DNA of 64,000 nucleotides, from positions 224,001 to 288,000 of the forward strand of contig CAWBCJ010000025.1 of assembly GCA_963787255.1 (NCBI GenBank), read 5' to 3'. Below, piece by piece: positions 1 to 12,350 of this stretch. The first letter of the stretch is position 1. Every line of letters begins with the position of its first letter. Position numbers and translations under genes: made by a program. This stretch comes from Methanobacteriota archaeon. Its GTDB lineage: Archaea; Methanobacteriota; Methanobacteria; Methanobacteriales; Methanobacteriaceae. The notes under the pieces are model-generated. The model was not told where the DNA came from and searched no databases. It worked only from the letters and a program-made list of their open reading frames with translations.

Positions 1-1
1 T

Positions 2-262
2 CCACAGATTTTTGCTGATTCCTATGGGATATTTGTATTTTATAAATATTATACACCTCTTGAAATTAACGTTATTTCAAAATATAATGAAAATATAAGC
101 TCTTATATTTTCTTGAGAAAGTTAAATAAAGGAAATAAATTATTAGTTGGTTTTAATAAAGGGCAACGAGATAGATCTCGTGTTTATGAAGATATGAGTA
201 AAATAATTAATTCTAAATACAGAATTTATGATAATGGAGATGCAAAAGTGTATTTTAGTTAA
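2..262 (+). CDS. 3' end of a DUF2206-like membrane protein (partial, runs off the window start)
   Basis: Open frame from base 2 to TAA at 260-262 (PQIFADSYG...SKYRIYDNGDAKVYFS*). The C-terminal IYDNG motif is typical of DUF2206-type archaeal membrane proteins. Not in the ORF track. Confidence 0.6.
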   Translation, partial: PQIFADSYGIFVFYKYYTPLEINVISKYNENISSYIFLRKLNKGNKLLVGFNKGQRDRSRVYEDMSKIINSKYRIYDNGDAKVYFS

Positions 263-532
263 TGATTAAAATAAAATTTTTACATTTCATTTAGAATATG
301 AAAATTTTTCAGCTACTTTTTTTCAAATAAAAAGTATATAACATATATTTATTTTAAAAGATTAATTTAATAAACAAATATTATTTTATATATCTTGAAT
401 TATATTTTTAATATTAATTAATTTTTCTTTAAAAGATTACTATATCCATTTTTAAGATTAGATAATTAAATAACAAGTTAAATTTATATAATTCATTTCA
501 ATATTGTTTTTTTACAATTATTAAATGAAATT

Positions 533-548
533 AAAAACATTTATATAT
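533..548 (+). promoter_or_regulatory. BRE/TATA promoter of the eha operon (ehaA probably leaderless)
   Basis: Purine-rich AAAAACA followed by TTTATATA at 540-547, about 24 nt upstream of ATG 571, with no RBS before ehaA. Confidence 0.55.
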
Positions 549-570
549 ACAGTTGATCATTCTATTTATC

Positions 571-879
571 ATGATTATTCATGTTGATGTTATAACAATA
601 TTAAGTTATACTTTTTCAGTAGTAGCTGCAGTAGTTGTTGGATTAATATTAAGGCTTCCTCTACTCCCTGAAAGACCAATTCGGGATTCATGGACAATTA
701 GTATAATTTTTCCAACAAGTGTAATTGCACTTGGATTATCTGCAATGGTCTTTGAGCTTGGATGGAACGGAATAATAGTGGGAATCATTATTGGAGTAAT
801 ATCTGCATTAATATCCAAATATTTACTTGAAACAATCCTTCCAAGGCATACAGAGTTAATTGGAGATGAGAATCAATGA
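571..879 (+). CDS. ehaA: Energy-converting hydrogenase A subunit A (membrane)
   Basis: Hydrophobic small protein MIIHVDV...[16 protein letters not shown], first gene of the eha cluster. Start moved to ATG 571. Confidence 0.85.
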   Translation: MIIHVDVITILSYTFSVVAAVVVGLILRLPLLPERPIRDSWTISIIFPTSVIALGLSAMVFELGWNGIIVGIIIGVISALISKYLLETILPRHTELIGDENQ

Positions 880-1379
880 ATGAAATATTAGGAATTATAA
901 TAGCAGCTGTTCTTTCATGGTTAAACTTCGTTCTTATCGATACATGGATGGGCCTTCCTGAAAAACCGGGAGTTAAAGGTGCAGATGTAATTGGAAGGGA
1001 CGTTAAAAAGAGAGGTGGAGATCTATCTGGCGGATTCTTCCAGGGAAACATTGTATGTTCTCCAGACGCTTCAGCAGGAACAATACTTGGAGCAATAGCT
1101 TGTTATACCATTGGAATTCCTGCAGGAGGATTTATTGCAGCTTTACTAGTGTTTATTGGTAATAGACTTTGTGCAGATCCGGGTTACGCTGGAACTACAG
1201 GTGCATTGACAATAATGGTTATTATAGCTCTTGCATCGTTTATTGGAATTCCTCCAGAACAATTTATTGTGGGCATGCTCCTTGCAATAGTCACCATTCA
1301 AGGTCTTGATCATCCCAGAGCTTCCAAATTAATTGGTAAAATTGCGAAAAGAATGGGAAGATACACGGAATTAACCTAA
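876..1379 (+). CDS. ehaB: Energy-converting hydrogenase A subunit B
   Basis: ATGA overlap with eha[12 protein letters not shown]...[16 protein letters not shown]...[13 protein letters not shown] motif. Position in operon. Confidence 0.85.
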   Translation: MNEILGIIIAAVLSWLNFVLIDTWMGLPEKPGVKGADVIGRDVKKRGGDLSGGFFQGNIVCSPDASAGTILGAIACYTIGIPAGGFIAALLVFIGNRLCADPGYAGTTGALTIMVIIALASFIGIPPEQFIVGMLLAIVTIQGLDHPRASKLIGKIAKRMGRYTELT

Positions 1380-1445
1380 CATTAAACTTAAATGATTAAA
1401 GAGATAAATCATAAATATTCATTCATATTAAAAAGGTAGATAAAG

Positions 1446-1694
1446 ATGTTAATTGAGATTACAGGCATTATAATTGTACTCATGGCTCTTAGAACATTAA
1501 TTGCCCAAGATAGAAGCGAAAGGATGCTCTATCTAAACGCAATGAGTTTTGGTATATCTGCACTAATTGCACTTTACATACAGACACCCTTCGGAGCTAT
1601 AATTGCAATAACCTTTTTTGTAGCTTCCACTATAAGCTCAAATGCAATAGCATACTCGATTGGAAGAATACAAGACGAAATAGTAATAAGGTAA
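1446..1694 (+). CDS. ehaC: Energy-converting hydrogenase A subunit C (DUF2109-like)
   Basis: 82-aa, about 3 TM helices, STISSNAIA motif. Third gene of the operon. Confidence 0.8.
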   Translation: MLIEITGIIIVLMALRTLIAQDRSERMLYLNAMSFGISALIALYIQTPFGAIIAITFFVASTISSNAIAYSIGRIQDEIVIR

Positions 1695-1715
1695 AATATA
1701 ATCTGGTGGAATATA

Positions 1716-2003
1716 ATGGCTATATTAGATTTTATAAATATATCAACAATATCTGCTGCAGTAGCTTTGATTGGAGCAGCAGGCATAATATTACTTCCAA
1801 AGCCCATTGATAAAGTAATAATGTTTGCAATGCTGCAAGGAGGGTTTATTGGAATGATAATAGCTGCAAAATATTTGGACGTTGCCATGGCTGCTGCTTT
1901 ATTAGATCCAATTTCAACTGTTATCCTTTTAATTGGTATTATAAAAATTAATGATGTAAGACGGAAAAAACTAAAAGCCCAGGAGGAATTGAACATTGCT
2001 TGA
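1716..2003 (+). CDS. ehaD: Energy-converting hydrogenase A subunit D (DUF2108-like)
   Basis: Small membrane protein with KYLDVAM...DPISTVIL motif. Operon order. Confidence 0.8.
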   Translation: MAILDFINISTISAAVALIGAAGIILLPKPIDKVIMFAMLQGGFIGMIIAAKYLDVAMAAALLDPISTVILLIGIIKINDVRRKKLKAQEELNIA

Positions 2004-2256
2004 TATTTATGTATGGTTCTATACAGGCTGTATACTTACAATACTAGGAAGTATTGGTACAGTAATTGGTCCTGGGGTTAAAGATCCAATTGTACGGACT
2101 TTAAATACTGAGATCGCTGCTGTAGGAGTTTCAATGATATTTTTAACCTACAATCACACCATTGCGCTTCTTACATTTGTTGCAGCTACTGTAATAATTA
2201 CTATGATACTTTTAAGGGCCATTGTAAGGCTTGAAGAAATGGGGGCAAATGTATGA
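1996..2256 (+). CDS. ehaE: Energy-converting hydrogenase A subunit E (DUF2107-like)
   Basis: Small membrane protein [15 protein letters not shown]...[13 protein letters not shown] start overlapping ehaD. Confidence 0.8.
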   Translation: MLDIYVWFYTGCILTILGSIGTVIGPGVKDPIVRTLNTEIAAVGVSMIFLTYNHTIALLTFVAATVIITMILLRAIVRLEEMGANV

Positions 2257-2768
2257 GAAGCCTGGGAAGAATTTTAAACGATTTAGCAAATCCTGACAAC
2301 ATCCCAAGACTTTTTTCATTAATACTTGGAATTGTACTTTTAGCAGGTTTGATAGTACCGTTTGCATTAAATGATCATCAACTTTATCCCAGACCAGAAC
2401 CACAGAATCAGATTAATTCGGGCGATCCACTAGCTCCATATAATAGGGGCGGCGTTGTAATTGCTGATTGGGGTATTAATGGCAATTTTCTTATAGAGCC
2501 AGGTATCGCTAAAGCACAGTATCCTGAAAATTCTGTTAATCTTGGAAATATAGCAGGTTACCTCTCTCCTATGGCAATAACAGTAAAAGATACAACTCTA
2601 TATTTCGGTACTTCAATTTATTCATCTCCTGGTGGTTTAATAGATGAAATATTATACTATACAAGGGGTTTTGACACAATCCTTGAGTCAACCATACTAA
2701 TGATGGCGTTTGTAGTGGCTTCATGGATTGCACTTCACTTTACAATGAGAAGGGAGGAAGAAGAATGA
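2253..2768 (+). CDS. ehaF: Energy-converting hydrogenase A subunit F
   Basis: PLAPYNRGG and [22 protein letters not shown] (MnhB-like RGFDT motif). ATGA overlap. Confidence 0.85.
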   Translation: MRSLGRILNDLANPDNIPRLFSLILGIVLLAGLIVPFALNDHQLYPRPEPQNQINSGDPLAPYNRGGVVIADWGINGNFLIEPGIAKAQYPENSVNLGNIAGYLSPMAITVKDTTLYFGTSIYSSPGGLIDEILYYTRGFDTILESTILMMAFVVASWIALHFTMRREEEE

Positions 2769-3451
2769 CCGGCGCTGAAGTTTTAGTTCCTAATCTTGTC
2801 TCTCCTGTTGTAGTTTCAATTTATCAACAAGCAATTATTGTTGGGTTATTAGCAGGTTTCATAGCGCTTTTAGGAATAGCATTTAAAAAAGGTGATTTAA
2901 CAGCTTTAATACTTACAGACATTGTAGGATTAGCAATGTTAATCATCGTTGCGGCTGTTGCAACCGATCTTGCAGAAGCATTAATACTTCCCGGACTGGT
3001 TGTTGAACTTGCCGAAATTCTTGCAATTTCTGAAATTCTTATGAGTAGAGAAATGAGAAAAACTGGAAAAAGTGTGGAATTAATTCCACTTCCATTATCA
3101 TTGGATATGGAAATCTTGCATACTGCACCTGCTTTCCTTGCAATAATACTTATAGCATATGGTGTTTTTCTAACAGGTTTCACTGGAGGGGCTGTTGCAG
3201 GGGTTGGAATATTATTCTACGTGCTTTCAAGAGCAGTTAGAGGTCTACCTTCAAATATATGGGAAGGAGTTGCCGGAGTATCAGGTATGGCATGGACTTT
3301 ATGGCTAGTAGGATTCCTCATATTCTTCGTAACTCCACAATACTGGTTGTTAGGTTTATTCATGTCTTCATGCGGAATACTGATAAAAGTAGCATCTAAA
3401 GTAGGACTTATAGGTGTTATGGGTAGAGAAGAGTTTAAAAGAGAAAAATAA
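2765..3451 (+). CDS. ehaG: Energy-converting hydrogenase A subunit G
   Basis: Multi-TM protein with [18 protein letters not shown] and GFTGGAVAG motifs. Start at ATG 2765 (ATGA overlap with the ehaF stop). Confidence 0.85.
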   Translation: MTGAEVLVPNLVSPVVVSIYQQAIIVGLLAGFIALLGIAFKKGDLTALILTDIVGLAMLIIVAAVATDLAEALILPGLVVELAEILAISEILMSREMRKTGKSVELIPLPLSLDMEILHTAPAFLAIILIAYGVFLTGFTGGAVAGVGILFYVLSRAVRGLPSNIWEGVAGVSGMAWTLWLVGFLIFFVTPQYWLLGLFMSSCGILIKVASKVGLIGVMGREEFKREK

Positions 3452-3488
3452 GATGATTCGCACTTAAAATGAATTGGAGCAAATAAAA

Positions 3489-4166
3489 ATGGATATAGCA
3501 ACTTTAAGCGGACAAATATTTGGCTACATACCTCTGGGAGACATTGTGCTTTACTTTACCCCATTTAATCTGTTCCTATTTGGTGGAGCACTTCTATTTA
3601 CACTTCTTATAGCTTTAAGTAACACAGAAACCCAGGTGGAAGCAAGATTTGGTACATTGGAAGATAGAGAAGTAAAAGTAGACAAAGCTGAATTTAAAAT
3701 AAGGAGATTTCTGGCAATAGTATGTGGTCTTGCAACTGCAGGAGCAATGATTACAGGAGATCTTTTCAATTTCACATTATTTGTTGCATTAATAGGTATT
3801 GTAAATATTGGATTAGTTGGAGCTGTAAAACTTGTAGATGTCTTAGATTCAGCATTCCAATATGGTATAATTGCAATGATTGCATCACTTCCCTTATTTG
3901 GAGGTGCAGCAACTATACTTGCTGCAACAGGAACATTGAGTTTATTTGAACTAGCAAATAGCGCGGTTACTCCTATGGTAAGTTTTGCATCAATATTACT
4001 AATATTAGGTATTGCAGGAGAAACTGGTGTGGCACCGTTTTATGCAACAAAAGCTGAAATGTTTAGAACCCCTGGTTCACCATTTTTAGTTATAATACAT
4101 TTAAGTTCATTACTTGTAATTGTAAGAGCAATAGAAATATTGCTAATAATTAATAAACCATTTTAA
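3489..4166 (+). CDS. ehaH: Energy-converting hydrogenase A subunit H (antiporter-like, ion-translocating)
   Basis: Half-antiporter-like membrane protein ([28 protein letters not shown]). Operon order. Confidence 0.85.
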   Translation: MDIATLSGQIFGYIPLGDIVLYFTPFNLFLFGGALLFTLLIALSNTETQVEARFGTLEDREVKVDKAEFKIRRFLAIVCGLATAGAMITGDLFNFTLFVALIGIVNIGLVGAVKLVDVLDSAFQYGIIAMIASLPLFGGAATILAATGTLSLFELANSAVTPMVSFASILLILGIAGETGVAPFYATKAEMFRTPGSPFLVIIHLSSLLVIVRAIEILLIINKPF

Positions 4167-4187
4167 AGGAAGTATCAGGTGAAAAAA

Positions 4188-4403
4188 ATGGATAAAAAGA
4201 GTACAATTAGCTCAATAGTGTTTATAGTTTCTATAGTATCCATAGTTTATGCTTTAATATTTAATCCTGCCGAATGGATGGTCATTGGAATTTCAATATT
4301 ATTCATTCCATTGAGCATACTTTCATTTGGACTATTAATCATGGCCAGGGCTAGAAAAGAAGAGGAAGAAGATAGAAGGAGAGAACCCTTCATTGGATAC
4401 TAG
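4188..4403 (+). CDS. ehaI: Energy-converting hydrogenase A subunit I (DUF788-like)
   Basis: 2-TM protein ending EEDRRREPFIGY. AGGTGA RBS before ATG 4188. Confidence 0.8.
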   Translation: MDKKSTISSIVFIVSIVSIVYALIFNPAEWMVIGISILFIPLSILSFGLLIMARARKEEEEDRRREPFIGY

Positions 4404-4429
4404 TATAATCAAAATTAATCGGTGATCAG

Positions 4430-5293
4430 ATGAATTTAATGGCAGATATCCTATTAAACGTTGTTATAGCATTCCTGATTGGAAGCATACTTCTTGGATT
4501 ATACAGGAAGGTGGTTGCACGGGTACAGACTAGACCAGGACCTCCAATCATCCAGTATTTGTTACATTTACTTAAATTTTACATTAAAGAGTCATCGTTC
4601 CCAAAAACGGCTGCAATGCCATTTTATATTGGAATAGCCAGTATTCTTATGGTTATATGGGTAAGTGCAGTGATAGTAGGGCCTGTAACTCAGGGATCAC
4701 TCTTAATTATCTTTGGTATTTATGCCATTCATAAAATAGTTGAGCACAACGCTGGATCCTCATCAGGGTCGCCTTATGGTAAATTGAGCTGTGTTAGGGC
4801 GGTTTATTCAGCGGCTGCAGAAGTACCGCTGTTTGCAGTGCTTGTAATAATTTATCTTAAAACAGGAACCATGGTAATTGGGGATATAATAAGTTATCAG
4901 GCTATAAACGGGCCTTTATTATACACTATACCGTTAGCTGGTCTTATGTATCTTGTATTGATAATATCAAAAGCACAATACACACCATTTTCAATAACAA
5001 AAGGAAAAGATATTGTGTCTGGATATGAAACTGAACACTTTGGTTTATTGCGCGGATACCTCATGATATCCGAGTCAATAATGTGGTACATGCTCCTATG
5101 GATTTTCTTAACTGTATTCCTTGGACCAATTAGCCCAATTCTATATATTATAGGAATGGTTGGAATTACCGTTGGAATTGCATTTATTAGCGCAACTACA
5201 CCACTTTTGAACCCTAATCACTCTGTAGTTCTGCAAATATTATTTGCAGTTATTGGAATTGTAGGTTCAATATTACTGTTAAATGTACTTTAA
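4430..5293 (+). CDS. ehaJ: Energy-converting hydrogenase A subunit J (NuoH/complex I subunit 1 family)
   Basis: [36 protein letters not shown]: NuoH/HycD-family motifs. Confidence 0.92.
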   Translation: MNLMADILLNVVIAFLIGSILLGLYRKVVARVQTRPGPPIIQYLLHLLKFYIKESSFPKTAAMPFYIGIASILMVIWVSAVIVGPVTQGSLLIIFGIYAIHKIVEHNAGSSSGSPYGKLSCVRAVYSAAAEVPLFAVLVIIYLKTGTMVIGDIISYQAINGPLLYTIPLAGLMYLVLIISKAQYTPFSITKGKDIVSGYETEHFGLLRGYLMISESIMWYMLLWIFLTVFLGPISPILYIIGMVGITVGIAFISATTPLLNPNHSVVLQILFAVIGIVGSILLLNVL

Positions 5294-5335
5294 ATTAATA
5301 AAAAAGGATGGATCTTCATAAAGGAGAATAAAAAA

Positions 5336-5593
5336 ATGATGAAAGAACAGGATACACTCTTCTTAATGGCTCTTGTAGGAGTTGGAGCTGTAATAATGAG
5401 TGGACTTGCTGTATTCAAGCAGTGGGTTATCGTAGTCCCATTAACCATTGCAGTAGTATTTTTAGCATTTTTGCTACTTTACCAAAATAGAACTAAATTT
5501 ATTCACATTTCAGAAAATCTTGAAAACTGGGCCTTTATTGCAGTGCTTATATTGTTCATAGTGTCATTTATACTGCTTTATAGACCGGCTTAA
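5336..5593 (+). CDS. ehaK: Energy-converting hydrogenase A subunit K
   Basis: Small 3-TM protein with AGGAGA RBS. Operon order. Confidence 0.75.
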   Translation: MMKEQDTLFLMALVGVGAVIMSGLAVFKQWVIVVPLTIAVVFLAFLLLYQNRTKFIHISENLENWAFIAVLILFIVSFILLYRPA

Positions 5594-5601
5594 TTGGTGA
5601 T

Positions 5602-5928
5602 ATGATGTTTCCAACAATTTACTTAGTATATATACTTTCATTTGTAATAGGAATGATTATAGGGCTTTTACTTAGTTATAAAAAATATACCGAGCCCTTT
5701 GTAAGCAAAAATATTGATTTAGTTGCTTTAGTTATTTCCATAATAGGGTGGATTTTGTTTCTTAACAGTCAACTTATTACGTTTATTCCGCAATATATTT
5801 CTATTACAATAGGTTTGTTTTTAGTAGCCCTTGTACTTGGAATGAGGCCGGGATATGGAAGATACGAACTGGCAATAGGATTTATTGTTTCAGGTATAAT
5901 ATGGGTTATAGGGATGGTTCTTTTATGA
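5602..5928 (+). CDS. ehaL: Energy-converting hydrogenase A subunit L (DUF2104-like)
   Basis: LSYKKYTEPF and LGMRPGYGRYE motifs. GGTGA RBS. Confidence 0.82.
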   Translation: MMFPTIYLVYILSFVIGMIIGLLLSYKKYTEPFVSKNIDLVALVISIIGWILFLNSQLITFIPQYISITIGLFLVALVLGMRPGYGRYELAIGFIVSGIIWVIGMVLL

Positions 5929-6326
5929 ATGATAATAATATAGAAGAAAAAAATGAATCATTAATGGAGCTCATGAAAGGAAGGATTTTGAGCAGTTACA
6001 GGTGGCAAGAGGATATAATTAAACCATTTTCTGAAGAAATGGATATTGCACCAGAAACTCTTGAAAAAATATTAATGAGAAGATTAGACATGTCTAGTCT
6101 GGAAGCGCTTCATCCTCGCTTTGAATCGTCTAAGTATCTTTGTATATTAGATAAAGTACATTTTGACCTTAAAATATGCATTTTATCAGATATAATGGAA
6201 ATTATATCTAAAGAAGAAGCTGATGCAATAAAAAATAAAATTGCGAAAGAAGTTATAGAAGGTAAAAGTTATGAAGAAGCCATCAAAGATGGTAAAAAAG
6301 AATTAATTGAATATCTTATGAGGTAA
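5925..6326 (+). CDS. ehaM: Energy-converting hydrogenase A subunit M (DUF1959-like, soluble)
   Basis: [12 protein letters not shown] motif. Start at ATG 5925 (ATGA overlap with the ehaL stop). Confidence 0.8.
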   Translation: MNDNNIEEKNESLMELMKGRILSSYRWQEDIIKPFSEEMDIAPETLEKILMRRLDMSSLEALHPRFESSKYLCILDKVHFDLKICILSDIMEIISKEEADAIKNKIAKEVIEGKSYEEAIKDGKKELIEYLMR

Positions 6327-6331
6327 GGAAT

Positions 6332-6781
6332 ATGTTAGATTCACTAAAAGATATCATAAGGAAAAGCTCAATTCACGCTTGTCTCATAAATACTGGAGGA
6401 TGCAATGGTTGTGATATAGAAATCGTTGCACTTTTGTCGCCTCGTTATGATTTAGAGCAATATGGAATTTACTTCCACAATAACCCCCGAGAAGCAGATG
6501 TAATACTTGTAACAGGTCCGGTTGCAGAGCAGTGGAAAGAACATCTGCAGAGAGTTTATGCCAAAGTCCCGAACCCTAAAATAGTGGTTTCAATAGGGGC
6601 ATGTCCTCTTTCAGGTCATGTTTACAATCAGGAAGGCAGTGGAATTTATCCTCCACTTAATGAGTTCATTCCGGTGGATGCATCAGTTCCTGGATGTCCA
6701 CCGCGACCAACAGAAATATTACAGGCACTTTTGGCAGTTGGTCCAGATGCCATAGCAGCTAAAGGGAGGCAAAAAGAATGA
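6332..6781 (+). CDS. ehaN: Energy-converting hydrogenase A small subunit (NuoB-like)
   Basis: [26 protein letters not shown] and PGCPP [4Fe-4S] motifs. Confidence 0.95.
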   Translation: MLDSLKDIIRKSSIHACLINTGGCNGCDIEIVALLSPRYDLEQYGIYFHNNPREADVILVTGPVAEQWKEHLQRVYAKVPNPKIVVSIGACPLSGHVYNQEGSGIYPPLNEFIPVDASVPGCPPRPTEILQALLAVGPDAIAAKGRQKE

Positions 6782-7924
6782 TAGTTCCAATAGGACCAAT
6801 TCACCCGGCTCTTAAAAGAGCCTTTACGTTTAAAACTTCATACAAGAGGAGAAAAAGTAATCGACGCGGAAATAGATTACGGTTATGTTTACAGAGGAAT
6901 TGAAAAGGTAATGGAAGGAAAAACCTGGCAAAAATCAGTTTATTTATCAGAAAGAGTCTGCGGAATATGTTCTTATATTCACACCCAGACATTCACAGAG
7001 ACATTTGAAAAAATAGCCGGAGAAGAAGCTCCATTACGAGCCCAATTTTTGAGAGTTATTTCAAACGAACTGGACAGAATTCAAAGCCATTTACTTGCTA
7101 ATTCAACTTACTTCAACGTTATAGAGCACGAAACTCTTTTCATGTACATGTTGTCCATGAGGGAAATGGTAATGGATGCTATTGAGCTATTAACTGGTAA
7201 TAGGGTACATATGGCATGGAATGTAGTTGGTGGAGTAAGGTTAGATGCTAAAGAAGTTCATTTAAATAGTATATTGAAAATTATGGATGATTTAGAATCC
7301 CAATACACTAAATATGCTCACATGTACGAGAGCGGTCCTTTATTAGGTCTTAGATCTAAAGATGTGGGTAAAATGAGCAAAGAACAGTCTATTAAGGCAC
7401 GGGCAGTGGGTCCAATTGCTAGAGCTTCATCAGTAACAGAAGATTTAAGATCAGATAAACCGGTTTACAGAGATCATTTAGATTTTAATGTAATCTGGCG
7501 TGATGAAGGAGATAATTTTGCCAGAAACATGAACCGTTTTGATGAAATAAAAGAATCCATAAAAATAATTAAACAGGCCATAGAAAATCTTCCTGAAGGA
7601 AAAATAAGGAAAAAAATAGATATCCCCGCAGGATATGCTGATAACCGAAATGAAGCCCCTAGGGGTGAAGTGGCTTACATGATAGAAACCAATGGAAATT
7701 TGATAAAGAACATTTCTATAAGAACTCCAAGTATAATGAACATTGATGCTTGCGCTAAATACATGTTTAAGGATGTTGCAACAGTTGCAGATGCAATAGC
7801 AACCTATGCAAGTGTTGATCCATGTATTGCCTGTACAGAACGGGTTGTAATTGTTGATGAGAAAACTGGTAAAACCCAAGAATTCGATGGTTTACACAAT
7901 TTAAAGTCAATAAATTTAAAATAA
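6778..7924 (+). CDS. ehaO: Energy-converting hydrogenase A large [NiFe] subunit, with a +1 frameshift at about 6814-6817
   Basis: ATG 6778 gives [13 protein letters not shown]. Removing one A of AAAA (6814-6817) continues [29 protein letters not shown] into the 6911 ORF. L1 RVCGIC and L2 DPCIAC(TER) Ni-binding motifs are present. Confidence 0.93.
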
Positions 7925-7961
7925 TCACTTTAAAACATTTAAAAAGGTAAAAGATGGTGTT

Positions 7962-8999
7962 ATGTCTTCAGTAATATGGTATTTATACGAATTTGCAAGA
8001 AAGGGATGGATTGAAAATTTTGCAGGTGCTGCAACAAATAGAGAAATAGTAGAAGCACCTGATAGGTTTAGAGATTTCCCTGAAGTAATTAGAGAGTTGT
8101 GTATTGCCTGCGGTGCATGTACTGCTGCATGTCCATCTCCAGCAGCTATTAGACTTGTAAGAACCAAGGATAAAGACGCTGAAAATGGAGAAGGTATAAC
8201 TTACCCTGTAATTAACACAGATGCATGTATAAGATGCGGTTTCTGCGCAGAAGTATGTCCTACAGATCCTAAGACACTTAGAACAGGTGAAAGCCATTTA
8301 ATCAGGGAAGAATTTACTATATTACCTGCAGAAAAAATGTTTGTAATTGACGATTATCTCTGTATTCGATGTAAAAAATGCATGAAAGCGTGCAAAGTAG
8401 AAGGAGCAATCACTGAAGAAGATAATAAGGTAATGATTGACCAATCAAGGTGTATAGCGTGTGGAGAATGTGCTAAAACATGTCCGGTAAAAGGTGCAAT
8501 TAAAGGAATATATATTTCTAATGTAGAAGGACAAAAAGATGTTATAAATCTGGTTATACATACTCTTGAAGATTTAATAGAAGCAAGACAGGATGAATTA
8601 AAAGAACTTCCACCTGAGCAGGTTGTGAAATTTGAAGTGCCATTTGTAGATATCTTGGAAAAAGCACGAGGAATGCTCCCTGAAGAAGAGCATATAAAAG
8701 ATATTGTTGAGAAAGTAACAGATAGATTAAAACTTAGAATCATTACATGGGACGATTCTAAATGTAATAGTTGCAGATTATGTGTTGATGAATGCCCATC
8801 TGGCGCTATTACTTATGATAAAGAAAAAGGTGTTACAAGAGATTCTAAAAAATGCCTTAGATGCACTACATGTTATCAAACATGTCCATTTGGCGTTGCA
8901 GGCTCTTATGTTGCCAGATTCTTGCTCACATCAACTGAATTGCAAGAAGATAAGATTCTTGTAACTGTAAAACCAGCACTATTACCATTTAGGGGATGA
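7962..8999 (+). CDS. ehaP: Polyferredoxin, 6x[4Fe-4S]
   Basis: Six CxxCxxCxxxC(P) motifs. N-terminus resembles NuoI ([10 protein letters not shown]). Confidence 0.9.
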   Translation: MSSVIWYLYEFARKGWIENFAGAATNREIVEAPDRFRDFPEVIRELCIACGACTAACPSPAAIRLVRTKDKDAENGEGITYPVINTDACIRCGFCAEVCPTDPKTLRTGESHLIREEFTILPAEKMFVIDDYLCIRCKKCMKACKVEGAITEEDNKVMIDQSRCIACGECAKTCPVKGAIKGIYISNVEGQKDVINLVIHTLEDLIEARQDELKELPPEQVVKFEVPFVDILEKARGMLPEEEHIKDIVEKVTDRLKLRIITWDDSKCNSCRLCVDECPSGAITYDKEKGVTRDSKKCLRCTTCYQTCPFGVAGSYVARFLLTSTELQEDKILVTVKPALLPFRG

Positions 9000-9003
9000 T
9001 AAA

Positions 9004-10353
9004 ATTCCTACAACTAAAACTGATAAAAAATCTTCCAGACCACTTAGGGAAGTTGAAGTGGCGTATGAAATAGACACATCTAAATGTGAACAATGTAAAG
9101 ATAGACCATGTCTTCAATCTTGTCCAATAGAAGCTGTTCGTGAGATACCTCCAGATAAAAGTATAGAAATTGATGATAGGTGCTTTGGATGTGTACTTTG
9201 TAGAGAAGCTTGTCCATATGATGCTATTGAAATGGAAACAACGTTAGCAGAGCCTATAAGGGAAAATGTGCCAAATATAAATCCAAAACTATGCAGAAGA
9301 TGTGGAGCATGTGTAGATGCGTGCAGAACTGGCGCTATTCAACTTGTATCATCAGGTAGAGAAGAAGCTCACAGTGTAATAGACGAAGAAAAATGTGTTA
9401 AATGTGGATATTGTGCCCGTGTTTGTCCTACTGAAGCAATAAAATATGGGGAAATTCTACCAAGATCTGTAGTTGGTGGAAAAGCAGTTGTTGTTGATCA
9501 AAAGGATTGTATTGGATGTATGACATGTACAAGAGTCTGTCCATCAAAAGGAGCTATTAATGTAGGTAATGTCAGTAAGTTACCATTTATTGATCCTTCA
9601 TACTGTGCAAGATGCGAAGAATGTATGGATGTGTGCCCTTCAGCAGCAATTAAATACTCATCAAGAAAAAGAGCATACCAAAATTTTGGTAAAATAAAAA
9701 CAATGGAAATAGTTTCTGAACTTCTTGAAAAAGAAACAGAAAAACTTGCAAAAGATGCAGGTAAAGTTGATAGTATATTAAACAGAATTTCACGAGATCT
9801 TAGTTATGAAAATGCTGAAGATGAGTTTGAAATTGATGTAACAGACAGATTAAAAGAAGAAATGGAAGATGCAGTTGATGGGGACCTTGAAATAGAAGAT
9901 TTTAAGGATATAATTGAAAGTACTACTCCAAAAAGAGATGTTGCTGTTATTGATGAAAGTTGCATAGGATGTACTGCATGCATGAACGTGTGCCCAACTC
10001 AGTCAATTGAACTTGAAATGCCTTCCCCGGTGCACATTGGTGATACTTGTGTATACTGTGGAAAATGTGTTGAAGCCTGCCCATTTGAATCCATATCTCT
10101 TAAAGAAGAATATTTTGATACATATGATGGGAAAATATTCTATATAAGAAAGAATTTAGAAGGTCCAAGAACTGGAGAAATAGCCATTGACAGCGAAGCA
10201 TGCCAATTATGTGGTGTATGTGTAAATAAATGTCCTGCAGACGCAATGAGTATTGAAGATAATGAAGTTGTTGTTGACACTGAAAAATGTATAGTTTGTG
10301 ATGCATGTGAAGTGACATGTCCAGTTCATGCTGTGAAATTGAAAACAGAATAA
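9004..10353 (+). CDS. ehaQ: Polyferredoxin, 10x[4Fe-4S]
   Basis: Ten ferredoxin motifs (the first is a CxxCxxxxCxxxCP variant). The frame is open upstream of GTG 9058 to an RBS-positioned ATT at 9004. Start uncertain (see findings). Confidence 0.88.
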   Translation: MPTTKTDKKSSRPLREVEVAYEIDTSKCEQCKDRPCLQSCPIEAVREIPPDKSIEIDDRCFGCVLCREACPYDAIEMETTLAEPIRENVPNINPKLCRRCGACVDACRTGAIQLVSSGREEAHSVIDEEKCVKCGYCARVCPTEAIKYGEILPRSVVGGKAVVVDQKDCIGCMTCTRVCPSKGAINVGNVSKLPFIDPSYCARCEECMDVCPSAAIKYSSRKRAYQNFGKIKTMEIVSELLEKETEKLAKDAGKVDSILNRISRDLSYENAEDEFEIDVTDRLKEEMEDAVDGDLEIEDFKDIIESTTPKRDVAVIDESCIGCTACMNVCPTQSIELEMPSPVHIGDTCVYCGKCVEACPFESISLKEEYFDTYDGKIFYIRKNLEGPRTGEIAIDSEACQLCGVCVNKCPADAMSIEDNEVVVDTEKCIVCDACEVTCPVHAVKLKTE

Positions 10354-10384
10354 TATTATTATTTTTATTTTTTTTCATTTATTT
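10354..10384 (+). terminator. Possible internal oligo-T terminator or attenuator after ehaQ
   Basis: T-rich tract (atttttattttttttcattt) between ehaQ and ehaR. Archaeal intrinsic terminators are oligo-T. Confidence 0.3.
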
Positions 10385-10399
10385 AGGAGGAATGAGAAG

Positions 10400-11425
10400 T
10401 TGGGCAAAAAGGTTTTTATTTCTGACTGTGAAGGCCCTATATCTATTAATGATAATGCTTTTGAGCTTGCAGGTCATTATATGGAAGATGGTGAAAAATT
10501 TTTCCAAATAATCAGCAAATATGATGATGTTTTAGTTGATGAAGTTAAAAGAGAAGGTTATTATGCAGGTGGCACTTTAAAATTAATAGTTCCATTTTTA
10601 AAGGCATATGGGGCCACAAATGAAGATATAGTAGAATTTTCAAAGGAAAATGTTCTGCTAGTTCATGGTGCAAAAGACACATTACAGTATGTAAAAGAGA
10701 TAATGCCTTCATTTATTGTAAGCACAAGTTACAGTCAATATATTCAAGCTCTATGTGATTTAACTGGCTTTCCATTTGAAAATACATATTCTACACGCCT
10801 TGACATAGATGAGTATTCTATTAGCAATGAAGATAAAGAAAAGTTAATGGAATACAGAAAAACCATAATTGAAAACCCTGATTTTGAAGTTATTGATAAA
10901 ATATTCTGGGATGACATTTTAAAATTGTCTATTCATGAAATTATGAAAAATGTAAATCCGGTAGGTGGCGAAGGGAAAAAAGAAGCGGTTCTTTCAATTA
11001 TCAGTAAATTTAGGTTTGAAAATGAGGATATCATGTATATTGGAGATAGTATAACTGATGTTGAACCTTTAAGATTTGCAAAAGAACAGGGAGGACTTGC
11101 AATTTCATTTAATGGAAATGAATATGCAATAAGAGCTGCAGAAATTGCAATTATGGCAGATAATACAGTTATGATATCAATCATAGCTGACTTATTTAAT
11201 AAATTTGGGAAAGAAGAGGTTATTAATTTCATTAATTCATATAATAATGATCAACAGGGTGCTATTGATAAATATTCAATAGATATTGGCCTTAAAGAAT
11301 TAATAAAACAGGTAAACCTTCCTAGAATCACAATAATTAGAAGTGAAAATTTTGAAAATGTAGTTAGTGAAAGCAAAGCTTTTCGAAATTTAGTAAGGGG
11401 AGAAGCAATAGGCGCTCTTGGATAA
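10400..11425 (+). CDS. ehaR: EhaR, HAD-superfamily hydrolase-like protein
   Basis: Motif I variant FISDCEGP and motif [19 protein letters not shown] with TTG start. Confidence 0.8.
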   Translation: MGKKVFISDCEGPISINDNAFELAGHYMEDGEKFFQIISKYDDVLVDEVKREGYYAGGTLKLIVPFLKAYGATNEDIVEFSKENVLLVHGAKDTLQYVKEIMPSFIVSTSYSQYIQALCDLTGFPFENTYSTRLDIDEYSISNEDKEKLMEYRKTIIENPDFEVIDKIFWDDILKLSIHEIMKNVNPVGGEGKKEAVLSIISKFRFENEDIMYIGDSITDVEPLRFAKEQGGLAISFNGNEYAIRAAEIAIMADNTVMISIIADLFNKFGKEEVINFINSYNNDQQGAIDKYSIDIGLKELIKQVNLPRITIIRSENFENVVSESKAFRNLVRGEAIGALG

Positions 11426-11459
11426 GACATTTTATAATTTCATTAGGAATGATATAAAA

Positions 11460-12335
11460 ATGGTTGAAATAGAAGATACATATTGCGAAGCCTTTGATGG
11501 AATCTGCTGTAGATTAACTGTAACAGCAGATGATAAAGAAATACTTCAAAGAGCAGCCTATGATGCCACATCAACCCCTGGAACAGTCATAGGACGTGTT
11601 GAAGGTGGAATTGATGGTTGGTTAAGCACAAATGAAACTCCTGATAGGAGAGAAGGAGCAGTTCTTCAGATCTGGTATGAAAAGGAAGATATAGAAAAAT
11701 TTGCAGTGGAACTATCTTACAGAATAAGACAAGATATTCTTGTAAAACCATTTACTGCGGTATTTGATGCTTCTAAGGATCCAGTTGGAAAAATGGACAT
11801 GATGAAAAATGTAGGGCATTGTGGTGATGGATATGAATGGAAAGAAGAACTTTATAACCGCGAAATGATTATTGTTCCTATTGCAATCCCTGATTTCAAA
11901 ATAGAAAGTACTGTTGGATATATGAAAGGGATTATGGGTGCAAATTTTTGGTATATGTGTAAAAGTAAAGAAGCAGTGATGGAAGCGGGAAAAAAAGCAT
12001 TACATGCTATTGGAAAAGTTGAAGGTGCCATAACTCCATTTGATATTTGTTCTGCAGCTTCAAAGCCTGAAACAAATTACCCGTGGATAGGTCCAACAAC
12101 GAACCATCCTTATTGTCCTTCACTTAAAAAAACGCTTGATAAAGAGTCTAAAGTTCCTGATAATGTTAAATACATCCCTGAAATCGTGATAAACAGTCTT
12201 AATTTGGATATAATTAAAGATGCTATGAATGCTGGAATTGAAGCTGTAAGTGATGTAGAGGGTGTAATAAAAGTATCTGCTGGAAATTACGGTGGGCAAT
12301 TAGGGGATCATAAGATTTATTTAAACGATTTATAA
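11460..12335 (+). CDS. ehaS: Formylmethanofuran:H4MPT formyltransferase-like paralog (EhaS)
   Basis: [37 protein letters not shown] and [10 protein letters not shown] are Ftr-family motifs. Operon position. Confidence 0.85.
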   Translation: MVEIEDTYCEAFDGICCRLTVTADDKEILQRAAYDATSTPGTVIGRVEGGIDGWLSTNETPDRREGAVLQIWYEKEDIEKFAVELSYRIRQDILVKPFTAVFDASKDPVGKMDMMKNVGHCGDGYEWKEELYNREMIIVPIAIPDFKIESTVGYMKGIMGANFWYMCKSKEAVMEAGKKALHAIGKVEGAITPFDICSAASKPETNYPWIGPTTNHPYCPSLKKTLDKESKVPDNVKYIPEIVINSLNLDIIKDAMNAGIEAVSDVEGVIKVSAGNYGGQLGDHKIYLNDL

Positions 12336-12350
12336 TTAAAGGTTATATAA

